DNA of 64,000 bases from Eledone cirrhosa (lineage: Eukaryota): contig OZ024750.1 in assembly GCA_964016885.1 (NCBI GenBank), positions 15,314,001 through 15,378,000 on the forward strand, read 5' to 3'. The notes beneath the pieces are model-generated. The model saw only the letters and a program-made list of their open reading frames with translations, was not told the DNA's origin and ran no database searches. Below are positions 27,619 to 40,660 of the stretch, piece after piece; the stretch's first letter is position 1, and each line of letters starts with the position of its first letter. The translations under genes were made by a program, and so were the position numbers.

Positions 27619-27930
27619 AAGAAAGAAAGAGAGAAAGAAAAAGAGAGAAAGAAAGAGAGAGAGAGAGAAAGAGAGAGAGAGTGAGAGGGGGGGGGGAGAG
27701 AGTAGTATCAACATCAAAGGCACACAGAAAGACAGTTACTCTCTAGACCGATTCACGCTTCACTCACCATCTGACGCGGGAGTTACGAGTGCTGGTCTGT
27801 GCTTGGTTTACGGTATTTTCTGAATGTTTTGTTTACGGGTTCAGGCAATCAATGGTCGTATTTGCACACACACACATACATACATACATACATACATACA
27901 TAGATACATACATACATACATACATACATA

Positions 27931-28882
27931 CATGGTGGCTGCCAACTCGTTTTCGAGTACGGCCACTACTTTATATCCATGTAGGAGAACCCCTACCGAT
28001 GCGCTGAACGAGTGTGACTTTTTAGTCCAGCCAGCGACTTGAAAACTCTGGTACAAACACTACACTTGTGACAATTACTGACACATAGTGCTGGGCCCAT
28101 GGTACATACATACATACATGGTGGCTGCCAACTCGTTTTCGAGTACGGCCACTACTTTATATCCATGTAGGAGAACCCCTACCGATGCGCTGAACGAGTG
28201 TGACTTTTTAGTCCAGCCAGCGACTTGAAAACTCTGGTACAAACACTACACTTGTGACAATTACTGACACATAGTGCTGGGCCCATGGTACATACATACA
28301 TACATGGTGGCTGCCAACTCGTTTTCGAGTACGGGCACTACTTTATATCCATGTAGGAGAACCCCTACCGATGCCCTGAACGAGTGTGACTTTTTAGTCC
28401 AGCCAGCGACTTGAAAACTCTGGTACAAACACTACACTTGTGACAATTACTGACACATAGTGCTGGGCCCATGGTACATACATACATACATGGTGGCTGC
28501 CAACTCGTTTTCGAGTACGGCCACTACTTTATATCCATGTAGGAGAACCCCTACCGATGCGCTGAACGAGTGTGACTTTTTAGTCCAGCCAGCGACTTGA
28601 AAACTCTGGTACAAACACTACACTTGTGACAATTACTGACACATAGTGCTGGGCCCATGGTACATACATACATACATGGTGGCTGTCAACTCGTTTTCGA
28701 GTACGGCCACTACTTTATATCCATGTAGGAGAACCCCTACCGATGCGCTGAACGAGTGTGACTTTTTAGTCCAGCCAGCGACTTGAAAACTCTGGTACAA
28801 ACACTACACTTGTGACAATTATTGACACATAGTGCTGGGCCCTTGGTACCATGTGACGACAAGTGCAGAGAGATCTCCAGAT
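27931..28882 (-). repeat. Five 186-bp tandem copies of an RTE-type LINE 3' end
   Basis: Units start at 27931, 28117, 28303, 28489 and 28675. The minus strand encodes CSVCTRVFKSLAGLKSHTRSAHR* (C-terminal zinc finger), then a short 3'UTR with a CTCG-aaaa-CGAG hairpin and an (ATGT)n tail. Confidence 0.8.
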
Positions 28883-29099
28883 ATAAAGCATACATACACA
28901 CATACATACATACATACATACATACATACATACATACATACATACATACATACATACATACATACACACATACATACATACATACACACACGTACGTGGA
29001 TGCATGGATATATTCTTCTTTGCATACTTGCCAACTAATGATCTTCAGCATGTTACCCGCCTATCATATACATATATATATAGATATATACATATACAC

Positions 29100-29213
<114 letters not shown>

Positions 29214-30570
29214 ATATATATATATATAATACATATATATGTGTTAATATAATTACGTATATGTGTATGTTTATCCATTGTGGCAATATTTCTGCTTCTG
29301 CAAAATGTTGAATTAAGGTACATCGTTCATTGAACTACTTATGTGCACTTAATACGACAAATAAAATGAAATATGAATTTATAAGATACTTACCAATTCT
29401 TGTGTTGCTCTCATATGTGTAGTAATTTTAATTACAAAATATTATATATGTTGCGATGGAAAGTATCAGGTTTTATCGAAGAAACCAAGGAAAAAATTTA
29501 AGAAAAGTATATATATTTAATAATTATTATTTATATAATTATATAAACTTGTTTCAAAATATATGACATTCAAATATGTGTGAATGTACGCGCACGCATC
29601 TAATTAAATCAATTAATTGATAATTATAACATTAAAAGAAGTGTATTATTATGTGCGTGCGTATTTGTGTGACAGTATATGTGTGTATGTGCATGGACCG
29701 GTTTCACATCTGTTGCCACATGACGACAAATATGTAAATTATCCCTTCACCATTACATTGTTTGTTTAAACCATTCATTAATATACATTTTAGTACATTT
29801 TTATGACGTAATATTGCTCTTTCTTCTTAACCTCATCCAATGTCCTTTCTCTCTTTTCTTTTCTTCTTGTTGCTGCAGCTGTTCAGTATTTGTTTAGTGT
29901 TTGTTTCTGTTTGTTATTTTTGGTGATTTATTACAATTTCTTCCTTATTATTGTGTTGCTCCTCATTTGTTTTGTTTATTTAGTAAAGAAACCAAATATA
30001 TATATTCTCATTTACTACATGTTAGTTTATATATGTACTTTTTGGTCGATTAGCTCAAATAGATTCCTATGATTTCTGGGAATATTAGTCAACGTTGTTT
30101 AGAAAGGATATGTTAACTTTATTGCGTGATAGTGTTTGGTGATCTTGTTTATTTTTGTTTGTTTGTTTTTTTCTTTTCTTTTTTTTTTCCCTTTTTTTTT
30201 ATCTTTCCGAGTTCTGCTACAGAAAAATAAGTGAATAAATAATATATACTAAATGCATATACGTTTCCAATTATTATTTATTTGTTTCGTTCTAACACCA
30301 TTTATTGTTCTTATTATATATTAATCTAATGCATTCGACAGAATTGAAACATAGTACATGGTAAATATAAATGACTTGCAATGAATTTATGTTATTTTCT
30401 CATTAATGTTAATTCGAGAAAATATTAAATCATTTTCTTAACTATAATTTTTCTCATGGATTTTTCAGATTCTTTCTTAACAATAATGTATCATCATTAT
30501 CTGTTTAATTTGGTGGTGGATTTTTCAGATTCTTTCTTAACAATAATGTATCATCATTATCTGTTTAAAA

Positions 30571-30760
30571 GGGTGGTGGATTGGCAGTATCGGTAGAGGG
30601 TCGGACGCCATGCTTTCCAGCATAGTTACGTCCCTTTATGATCTGAGTTCAAATCCCGCCGAGGTTGACTTTGCCTTTCATCCTTACGGGGTCGATAAAA
30701 TAAAGTACCAGTAATGCACTGGGTAATTTGCTGGCCTTGTGCCTAAAGTAGAAACAATTA
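30571..30760 (+). mobile_element. tRNA-derived SINE family 1, reference full-length copy
   Basis: A-box-like TGGCAGTATCGG, B-box GAGTTCAAATCC, central GCCTTTCATCCTTACGGGGTCGATAAAATAAAGTACCAG (resembles the Nin/Deu-type conserved SINE domain), 3' end GGCCTTGTGCC..AAGTAGAAAC. ATTATCTGTTTAA is repeated on both flanks. Confidence 0.85.
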
Positions 30761-30787
30761 TCTGTTTAATTTAATTATATGGTATAT

Positions 30788-30937
30788 AATTGTTTCTACT
30801 TTTGGCACAAGGCCAGCAATTACCCAGTGCATTACTGGTACTTTATTTTATGAACCCCGTAAGGATGAAAGGCAAAGTTAACCTCGGCGGGATTTGAACT
30901 CAAATCATAAAGGGAGTTAACTCTATGCTGCAAAGCA
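30788..30937 (-). mobile_element. SINE family 1, tail-to-tail with the 30571 copy
   Basis: Reverse-complement copy about 28 bp from the plus-strand copy. Confidence 0.8.
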
Positions 30938-31584
30938 CAATCACATTTCTAATGTATTATTCGTATAGTTGCAAGTCCAATTATAAGCTGGTTTCTCCTG
31001 CCGGGTATGTGTTAATATAATTACGGGTAAGATACTTTATGGGACGACGGCTTGTAGTCATCCATGCATAACAGTTCCCTCTCTCCACACGGCCAATGTT
31101 ATCCAGAGATGTCTCAAACTATGTTTGCAAGCTTAGTATACTGGAGTGACATGAAAATAAAGTGTTTTAAACGATATTTGGTCGACTGCTGTACAAAAAG
31201 AAATTAAAACTATCTGGGAAATTTATTCCATTTTGAATAGGCTACACTAGTCTATAAAATTCAAAATAGAATGACATGTAAAAGAACTGCCACTTTCAGA
31301 CATTTTAATTATTAAAGAAGAATGTAATGTTATTAAAAAAGAATGTAATGTTAAAACATCATTTTTATAAGAAAACCTATAACACACCAATATTTAGACT
31401 TTCTATTTGTTCACCCTTTACATACGAAAAGTACCATACCGTTCAATGTGGCAACACAGATTTGCAGTAGATTACGTGAAAAACGATTATAAGAATTGAA
31501 AGTCTTCCTTGAAAGCGACAGACAAAAATACTCCGTTAATCAATCTGATTTTTTTTTTTATTTTTTTTTTTTTATTTATGGTGA

Positions 31585-31905
31585 CGCCGCTAAACTCCGC
31601 CAGTTGCAGACTGCGCATTAACATGTGATATCTCTCTCCACAAAGTTCGATCACCAGCAGCAGAGTTCAAAGAGCAAAGATCAAGTCCAGTCCATAAGTT
31701 GACATTGTCAAGCAATCGTTTTGGCTGCCAGACTCTGCTTCTCTTACCAGCCAACCTTCTTTCCAGGCATAACCTGCTCACACCACGAGTTGATCTTTTT
31801 ATATGGCCGTATAGTTTGAGTACTCTTGACTTGACAATTGATGTAATTGGTCTGAGTTTGGTAATGTTGAGCAGCTCACTGATACAGATACGGTCGCTGA
31901 GCCGT
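31585..31905 (-). mobile_element. RTE-type LINE 3' fragment
   Basis: YGHIKR...SRLCLE..GKRSR..QPKRLLDNV..WTG...AAGDRTLWR, the typical RTE C-terminus, followed by an A-rich tail. Confidence 0.7.
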
Positions 31906-33139
31906 AGATTTCAGAAAATAAAAACAAATACTGGAAAATACAAATGAACATGAAAATGATCTTTTTGTTTTACTCACAATCTGAAAATCTACAGTATTGT
32001 GAACGCCACTAAAGGATGCCTCTCAATTTTGCAACAGCATGAATATCAAAGACTGGCAGAATATTAGATAATTCATAGAAGACGCTAAGTACCCAGTCTA
32101 AAGAAACTGTTGTTTAAAGCAACGGAAAAATGTGAGTTCAAACGTGTGCTGACAACCGAGAATAATAACTGAGTTAACGCTTTGAACTTCGCTTAACATC
32201 AACACCGTCTGGGAAAACAAGTTGTTATCATACATGTGTAAATGTGTGTTTGTATGCATAAATATGCGCATGTATGTGTATATATATATATATATGTCTG
32301 TGTGTGTGTAAATGTATATTCATATATTTGTGTTTAAGATAAAGTGTAACAGTTTAAAAACATTTATGTATGGAAGTGTTAAATATTCATCACAAAAGTC
32401 ATTGTTATCATTTTTCAAATATAATAATACTGTACTAAGATCTTGCTTTATTTTTGCTATATACATCTACAATACATGTTCAATATATTGTATATATACA
32501 TCTCTGCAGTGACTTTCCTTAATGGGTGTGCAATGATACACGAGATTAAACTAAGACTAAACAGCTTACGTGTAGCTTCAAACTCATTTCATTTTCCGGT
32601 ATTTAATTTTAATTAATGTCGCTTACTTGGGAAGTCTGTATTTAACTTTATACAATTTTCTATCTGTCTATCTTTATATATCCTTACTATTATTCTTCCA
32701 TAAGTGGAAAAAACATACATACATAAATACATACATACATAAATACATACATAAATACATACATACATAAATACATACATAAATACATACATACATAAAT
32801 ACATACATAAATACATACATTAATGGAATAGTAAAAATATGTAAAACATTTCAAAAATTCTGCATTTAATAACTGCATGTGCACATGTACAGATGTAAAG
32901 AATATGCCCATGCACACATATAACTCAATACATCCACATCCACACATTCAATAACATCCATATCTACACAACATCAACTAGGTAGATATGTATGCAGACA
33001 TGCAGACATATCTACCTATGTTAGAAACCGACTCTCTCTCTCTCTATTGGTAAAAATGTGTGAAATTATAAAACCAGAAGAACATACACACATATATACA
33101 TACATACAAACATACATATATGCATACATACATACATAC

Positions 33140-33410
33140 AAGATACACCTTTAGCTTCATACACATCATTATTGGAGCTACGGGTTATATACCAACCCGC
33201 TTGGACCAGAGTATGACTGAACTTGGATTTGCGGACAATAAGCGCAGCTCCCTAATTCATAGTCTACAAATGGCTGCGATAGCTGGCACCTTCAAAATTT
33301 GCAAAACATTCTTGCAATTCAAGGGATGACAATTTCTTTTCTTTTACAACCTTGCCACCAGGAAGGTGGCCAGTCAAAAAAATATACTCGAAATTAAGAG
33401 AAAGAGAAAA
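33140..33410 (+). mobile_element. R4/Dong-like RLE element 3' end inside (TACA)n
   Basis: IIIGATGYIP...LQMAAIAGTFKICKTFL* is the typical end of R4-group ORFs; TACA repeats on both sides. Confidence 0.6.
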
Positions 33411-34347
33411 CATACATACATACATACATACATATTAAGTTCCTAATTTTAATAATTCGGGCTTAATTAAATTATTAAATGAGTGAAGAAACGACCGAAG
33501 CTGTGTCCATTCTATTCGATAAGCTTCGTTCCATAATTATATATATATATATATATATGTATGAATGTATGTATGTATGTGTGGGTGTATGTGTATGTGT
33601 ATGTGTATGTGTATGTGTGTGTATCTGTATGAATGTGGATGTGTCTGTATCTGTGTATGTGTCTGTGTGTGTTTCTGTGTCTAAATGTCGATGTGTATGT
33701 GTATGTGTATGTGTCTGTATCTGTGTATCTGTATGAATGTGGATGTGTCTGTATCTGTGTATGTGTCTGTATCTGTGTATGTGTATGTGTGTGTTTCTGT
33801 GTCTAAATATCGATATATCTGTATCGATATGTGTCTGTATCTGTATCTGTGTGTCTGTTTCACCTGAAATGAATTTAGAAAGTTTTATGAATAAAAAAAA
33901 TATTGAGAACTTCGAGATTTAAACATGTCAACAGACACGTGGGAAGATATATACAAAATCTATTCTTGATATAAATATCTTGAAATTATTTTTTTTTAAA
34001 TATAATTAGATTAATTGCAAAGAGATTAAAAAAAAACATTAGGATAAAATAAGAAAGAAGAAAAAAAACGAAGAAATCAAAAATTTCAGAGAAAAATGCT
34101 ACAGAAGAAATTATTTCAATCCGAAACATGTCTTTCCAGTATTTTTATAATGTGTTAATGAAAGTAGGGTGGTGGGTTGTTAGAATTATTACAGAGTCGG
34201 ACAAAATGGTTTGTGGTATTTTGTTCACAGCCATATACACTCTGTGTTCAAAACTCGCCGAAGCCAACTTTGCCTTTCATCCTTCCGAATAAAGTACCAG
34301 ACAAGTACTAGAATCAATTTAATCGATTTTCCCCTCCTGCAAAAATT

Positions 34348-34588
34348 ACAGAAGAGACTGAGGTTGGCTGGACATGCTCACCGACATCCAGAGTTGACAT
34401 TGCACTCAGTACTCCTTTGGGAGCCCCTACATGGACACACTAGAAGGGGAAGACCAAGGTTAACGTATGTTGATGCCCTAAGGACAGACACTGGTCTGTT
34501 GGAGACGCAGGACATGGCAGCGATAATGAGGGACAGAGACCGCTGGAGAGAACTCGTCCATGGATCTCGGGAATTTTACCCGCCTTAG
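34348..34588 (+). mobile_element. RTE-type LINE 3' fragment
   Basis: RLRLAGHAHRHPE...LLWEP.HG..RRGRPRLTYVDAL..DTG...MRDRDRWR. Confidence 0.8.
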
Positions 34589-34598
34589 ATAGATATAT

Positions 34599-34764
34599 AA
34601 CGAATGAAATGTGATAAGGAACCAGGTGGACCATAACGCACCAAAGTACTCAATACTTAGGGTAGTAGAGTGGGTAATAGGAACAAGTAAGACCCCGACG
34701 GCTGAGCTCAAGCCGTTTCGACCGTCGAAACGGCTTGAGCTCAGCCGTCGGGGTCTTACTTGTT

Positions 34765-34831
<67 letters not shown>

Positions 34832-35211
34832 GGGGGGGGGTGCGCACATGTATATATGTATTCTAAATTTTAGAGGATTAGAGGATGCAATTCTTTAAAA
34901 CTTTTGAAAAATTCTTATTCATACACACATAAACACACGTTCACATATGTCCACACCCGAACACACCAATACACACACACACAGACATATATATATATAT
35001 ATATAACGAAGGAAATGTGGTGAGGAACCAGATCGACCATAACGCACCAAAGTACTCAATACTTAGGGTAGTAGAGTGGGTAATAGGAACGAGTAGGACC
35101 CCGACGGCTGAGCTCAAACCGTTTCGACGGCTAATTCTGGACTAATTTAGTCCAGAATTGGCCGTCGAAACGGTTTGACCTCAGCCAGCCGTCGGGGTCC
35201 TACTCGTTCCT
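34599..35211. mobile_element. Family A palindromic elements, two copies (34599-34767, 35005-35211)
   Basis: Same arms as the 25453 copy but different apex sequences. Confidence 0.8.
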
Positions 35212-35448
35212 ATATATATATATATGTGTGTGTGTAAGAAAAACAGATGTGAGAAAAACCACAGACCCTCCATCTCAATTCTACTTTTGAAAAGCAGAAG
35301 AACTGCGAAACCGGTAAAGGAACCAAATAAATATATATTTTTATAAAAAAAAGACTCCAGTTGCATTTTCGATTTCATCTTTTTTTCTTTATACTTTCAC
35401 TCGTGTAGGACACCTCGGTTATTTTTTCATTGTGTAAACAAACCTCAC

Positions 35449-35528
<80 letters not shown>

Positions 35529-35574
35529 GTGTGTGTGTGTGTGTAAATATAATATACATATATATATTATATAT

Positions 35575-35634
<60 letters not shown>

Positions 35635-36104
35635 ATATATATACATATATATATAGTATATATATATATGTGTTATCTCTCTCTCTATATATATATATAT
35701 GTGTGTGTAAATATATATATATGTTTCGAAGTATATATATACATATACCTATGTTCGGATACCTTTTAAGTCTGTAAGCACTTATGCAGTTATGTATATT
35801 TCTAACTCTGTATAGTTGCATGTTCTAATTTTCAATATATTTTAATAGCCCTTGGATCAATTATTCATTATAGATAGTGAAAATTCAACAAATATTTTAT
35901 TTTGCCCTTTTTGATAAAAATTAATCTATTTTCGCTTTTCTAGAGTCAAATGGGTTATGTGTTAAGAATACCACGAAAGTAGTATCAATAAATATACATA
36001 TATATATATATACATACATACATATATACATACATATATATATATATATGTGTGTGTGTATGTATATATATATGTATATATATATGTATATATATATATA
36101 TATA

Positions 36105-36169
<65 letters not shown>

Positions 36170-36212
36170 GAAAGTACAAACAAAACACAGGAGGCAATAA
36201 ATATACATATAC

Positions 36213-36299
<87 letters not shown>

Positions 36300-36303
36300 T
36301 ATA

Positions 36304-36334
<31 letters not shown>

Positions 36335-36599
36335 GTATATATATATTTATGTATGTATATATATATATGTATATATATAGCTCGAACAAAAGATAATAGT
36401 CTTATTTCCTTTAGTAGCCAGAAAGACGGTAAACGCAATAATTATATAGAATAATTGGATCTTACAAATGCAAAGGAACATCTCGTCAAATTTATTAATC
36501 ATAATTTAATAATTATATTTTTCGGTATGAACTTCTTTAAAAATTAGAATAATTCTTTTTTTAGATGAATTTTGTATTTCTTCCACTTAACAAAATCCA

Positions 36600-36710
36600 T
36601 TCAAATCCCGCCGAGGTTAACTTTGCTTTCATCCTTATGGGGTCGATAAAATAAAGTACCAGTAATACACTGGGTAATTGCTGGCCTTGTACCAAAAGTG
36701 GAAACAATTA
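36600..36710 (+). mobile_element. SINE family 1, 5'-truncated
   Basis: Runs from the B-box to the 3' end. Confidence 0.75.
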
Positions 36711-37289
36711 TTTTTACCATTTTTATGTCTCTCTCTCGTTTCCTTGCTCCATATATTTTGATACAATAAATATTTAATACTCTTCCAGTACTAACAGTTT
36801 AGGATATTTCTTCTTTTAATCTCACAAAAAAAAAAAATGAAATCTTGTTCACCAAGTTTTGTAAATAACCTCAAAGCAAATTTTCTATATCTCTCTTATC
36901 ATTGTCAACATCAAAGCCATATTGATTATTATCATCGCAGGCGGTAAAGAACGTGGTGAGAGACTTTAACTGCCAGCTTATGTCCATTTACGTTCTATGT
37001 TCAGTTCCGAAGGCGGTCGATTATACAATAATACAGCCAATAATAGACAACAACCATTATACAAAGTTTTGTTGTATTGTTTCTATATTGTGTCTATGTT
37101 ATGTTTATGTTTTTAAACAGCTTCATGCACCCTTCTATTGCAGCATCAGTTACACATCTATTTACCCCCAAAATACATTTGTTAAACGCTTGACAAGTTC
37201 CCAGACTTCACTCGCTTACGAAGTTGGATGGAACTTGTCGAATTCTTTCCATTGCTGGTAATATCTATCGGTCATAGAAGGAGCAACGG

Positions 37290-37398
37290 GAAATAAAGTG
37301 TCTTGTTCAAGGACATAACGTATCACACGATCCGAGAATCGAACTCGTAACCTCACGATCGTGAAACTAATTCTCTAACCACTAAGTCACATGCTTCC
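37290..37398 (-). mobile_element. SINE family 2, 5' part (another fragment at ~45745-45830, plus strand)
   Basis: Reverse complement of the tRNA head and CORE-like segment. Confidence 0.65.
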
Positions 37399-37522
37399 CT
37401 AAGTGTGTACAGCATTATATATAGTGTTTGTATGCTACGCATGTTTTTTTGTTACTTTGTTTGTGCTTATAGCATTTTGTTTCTAGTTTTAGTGTAATAT
37501 GTCAACTATTTGTTCTGTATCG

Positions 37523-38150
37523 TATGTGTTATGTGAGTTGTGTTATTGCGAAGTATGGTGTAGTTTGTATGTGTTATGTGAGTTGTGTTATTGCGAAGTA
37601 TGGTGTAGTTTGTATGTGTTATGTGAGTTGTGTTATTGCGAAGTATGGTGTAGTTTGTATGTGTTATGTGAGTTGTGTTATTGCGAAGTATGGTGTAGTT
37701 TGTATGTGTTATGTGAGTTGTGTTATTGCGAATTATGGTGTAGTTTGTATGTGTTATGTGAGTTGTGTTATTGCGAAGTATGGTGTAGTTTGCATGTGTT
37801 ATGTGAGTTGTGTTATTGCGAAGTATAGTGTAGTTTGCATGTGTTATGTGAGTTGTGTTATTGCGAAGTATGGTGTAGTTTGTATGTGTTATGTGAGTTG
37901 TGTTATTGCAAAGTATGGTGTAGTTTGTATGTGTTATGTGAGTTGTGTTATTGCAAAGTATGGTGTAGTTTGTATGTGTTATGTGAGTTGTGTTATTGCA
38001 AAGTATAGTGTAGTTTGCATGTGTTATGTGAGTTGTGTTATTGCAAAGTATGGTGTAGTTTGTATGTGTTATGTGAGTTGTGTTATTGCAAAGTATAGTG
38101 TAGTTTGCATGTGTTATGTGAGTTGTGGTATTGCGAAGTATAGTGTGTTT
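37523..38150. repeat. 45-bp minisatellite, about 14 copies
   Basis: Unit TATGTGTTATGTGAGTTGTGTTATTGCGAAGTATGGTGTAGTTTG with few variants. Confidence 0.95.
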
Positions 38151-38794
38151 TATGCATTGTATAAGTTGTGTTATTGCAGGGATGTGGTGTTAATGTTTCA
38201 AGAAGGCGTGTTGCGTTATTTTAGTAACTGGAAATTATTTCGAGAATGCGCTATGTGTGTTGTGTTATTTTAGTAAGTGACGATTTTATATAGTATGTGC
38301 GAATTGAGTGCTATGATACAACATTTTCAATTATCAGTTATATTCGTTTAATTTCATATAGCACACTATGCATATTTCCATTTCCATCGTTTAACTCTGC
38401 TAGTTTCTTCCTCAACATCCTTCCACACAATAAGTTTGTCAGAAGGGATTGAAATCTGTTTAAGAATACTGGGATTCTCGCTCCAGTCTTCGGTAATTAC
38501 ATCATAATTATATCTAGATAATTCACCTTACTGCCATTGTCAATCTGACCCTGTATATATCAGAGTATCCTAGCCAAATCATCTAATATAATACTTTATA
38601 TAGCTTTATAAACTGATCAATTTCCCCATCAAAGTGTCCTCATATGGCCCAATGGATTTAGAGTAATACTATTGATTTTATTGTTAATGGTTTTATTGTC
38701 TTGAAAAAGAATTGAGTACATCTCCGACAAATTGCAACAACAAGCTAACTAAGGTTATCAGATGTGTGAAAAGGACCTAACACTAGTTACACTG

Positions 38795-38861
<67 letters not shown>

Positions 38862-38943
38862 AAGAAGAATGAATCCTGCGTGGTTGCACATGGGTTACAT
38901 ATGATAAAAATAGTCCTTCATCAGGGATTTTCCAACCTTCATT

Positions 38944-38994
<51 letters not shown>

Positions 38995-39010
38995 TAAAAT
39001 AACAGATTAA

Positions 39011-39061
39011 AGTTTAAGCAAAGAATCGCTGCTTTCACCCTTAACGGGATCTTCTGAAACT
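39011..39061 (-). ncRNA. Hammerhead-like motif with variant core (CAGAAGA), unit 1 of tandem
   Basis: Minus strand: AGTTT-CAGAAGA-t-CCC-gttaa-GGG-t-GAAA-GCA-gcgattctt-TGC-TT-AAACT. All three stems form; U4 is replaced by A. Confidence 0.6.
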
Positions 39062-39368
39062 AACAAAGTCAATCTGTAAACGCAGAACTGGATATTTCAA
39101 AAAACGTTGCAACCGGAGGAAGACAGGAAGACGATACTTTGGTTAGTTTTAGGTATGTTTTCCTGCTTGGTACGGGTATGTTCTTTGTAGAAATATTCAG
39201 ATGTTGTTTCAGCATGATGAATATAAGTCAGTAGAGTGCTCAACCGAAGGAGCACATTAGTAATAATAATAAAATTGAAGACTAAAATCCAGAGAGGGCT
39301 CGATAAGGAAAATATATATCAAATATATAAGAACCGAAGAGCAAATATTTATTAAAATAACAGATTAA

Positions 39369-39419
39369 AGTTTAAGCAAAGAATCGCTGCTTTCACCCTT
39401 AACGGGATCTTCTGAAACT
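39369..39419 (-). ncRNA. Hammerhead-like motif, unit 2 of tandem
   Basis: Identical to 39011-39061, 358 bp further along. Confidence 0.6.
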
Positions 39420-39710
39420 AACAAAGTCAATCTGTAAACGCAGAACTGGATATTTCAAAAAACGTTGCAACCGGAGGAAGACAGGAAGACGATACTTTGG
39501 TTAGTTTTAGGTATGTTTTCCTGCTTGGTACGGGTATGTTCTTTGTAGAAATATTCAGATGTTGTTTCTGCATGATGAATATAAGTCAGTAGAGTGCTCA
39601 ACCGAAGGAGCACATTAGTAATAATAATAAAATTGAAGACTAAAATATATATATATATATATAATATATGTAAAGGGTATCAGTATGAGTTATTAACCCT
39701 GCCTTTTATT

Positions 39711-39810
<100 letters not shown>

Positions 39811-39867
39811 TGCGTGCGTGCGTGCGTGCGTGCGTGTGTGTGTTTGTGTGTGTGTGTGTGTGTGTGC

Positions 39868-39915
<48 letters not shown>

Positions 39916-40512
39916 GTGTGTGTATACTGTAGATATTAATAACTGAAAAATAAAAATTAGAATTTACTTTTCCTAAAAGCGCTTGTATCAAATACTTGAT
40001 CTTTGGATCCTACCACAGGCCACATTGTTTCCTCATTTCAAATCACTTTTGTGTAAACAAATTCAGAAATCGTACATTTTAAGCCCCCTTACGTCCATGA
40101 ACTTATATTTTTGTTCATGAAGTGTTATACTTTATCTCTAATTATTTTTCATTATATTAACTCTTCGCTATATGCAGGCTATAAATCAATAATCTGTTCT
40201 CTTATTTGTTAGACATTATTTATCTAGTAACTTTCATTGTTTCTTTATTGACATAAAAAACATACTACATTGAATCGAAGCTAAAGTCTACGATACATGC
40301 TAAATAATAATTGTAAAATATTTCTAAAGTATTTCTAAAGTATTTCTAAAATTGAAATAGAAGACTTTGCCGTAACTTTCACTAAATGAAACAATCTAAT
40401 GATAAGGGGCGTAGAGGCTTAGTGAACGGGAAAAGATAGGCATCAGGTGTGCGTTCGACTTTCATGTGTGCTGATGCATATCTTTTTTCGTTCAGTGAAT
40501 TTGTATACCCCG

Positions 40513-40660
40513 TTTGCAGCAAAGAGTTACGGCCCTTTACGGTTTGAGTTTATATCCCGCCGAGGTTAACTTTGCCTTTCATCCTTACGTTGTCGATAAA
40601 ATAAAGCACCAGTAATGCACTGGAGTAATTGCTGGCCTTGTGCCAAAATTAGAAACAATT
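40513..40660 (+). mobile_element. SINE family 1, 5'-truncated
   Basis: Matches the consensus; an extra 3'-end fragment lies at about 40758-40795. Confidence 0.75.

Larger units (their letters stand above)
38990..39646 (-). repeat. Head-to-tail 358-bp tandem (about 1.8 units) with one hammerhead-like motif per unit; retrozyme or Penelope pseudo-LTR like
   Basis: The sequence from about 38990 recurs at about 39348 almost without change; (TA)n on both sides; dispersed partial copy at 49547-49704. Confidence 0.8.

Noticed and set aside
27931-28882. Multi-C2H2 zinc-finger host gene
   Set aside because: Each unit has one finger followed by a stop, a 3'UTR and a microsatellite tail, so it is a LINE terminus.
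37524-38273. 249-aa Cys-rich repeat protein, or a CRISPR-like array
   Set aside because: It is a 45-bp minisatellite open in several frames, with no unique spacers and no splice or cas context.
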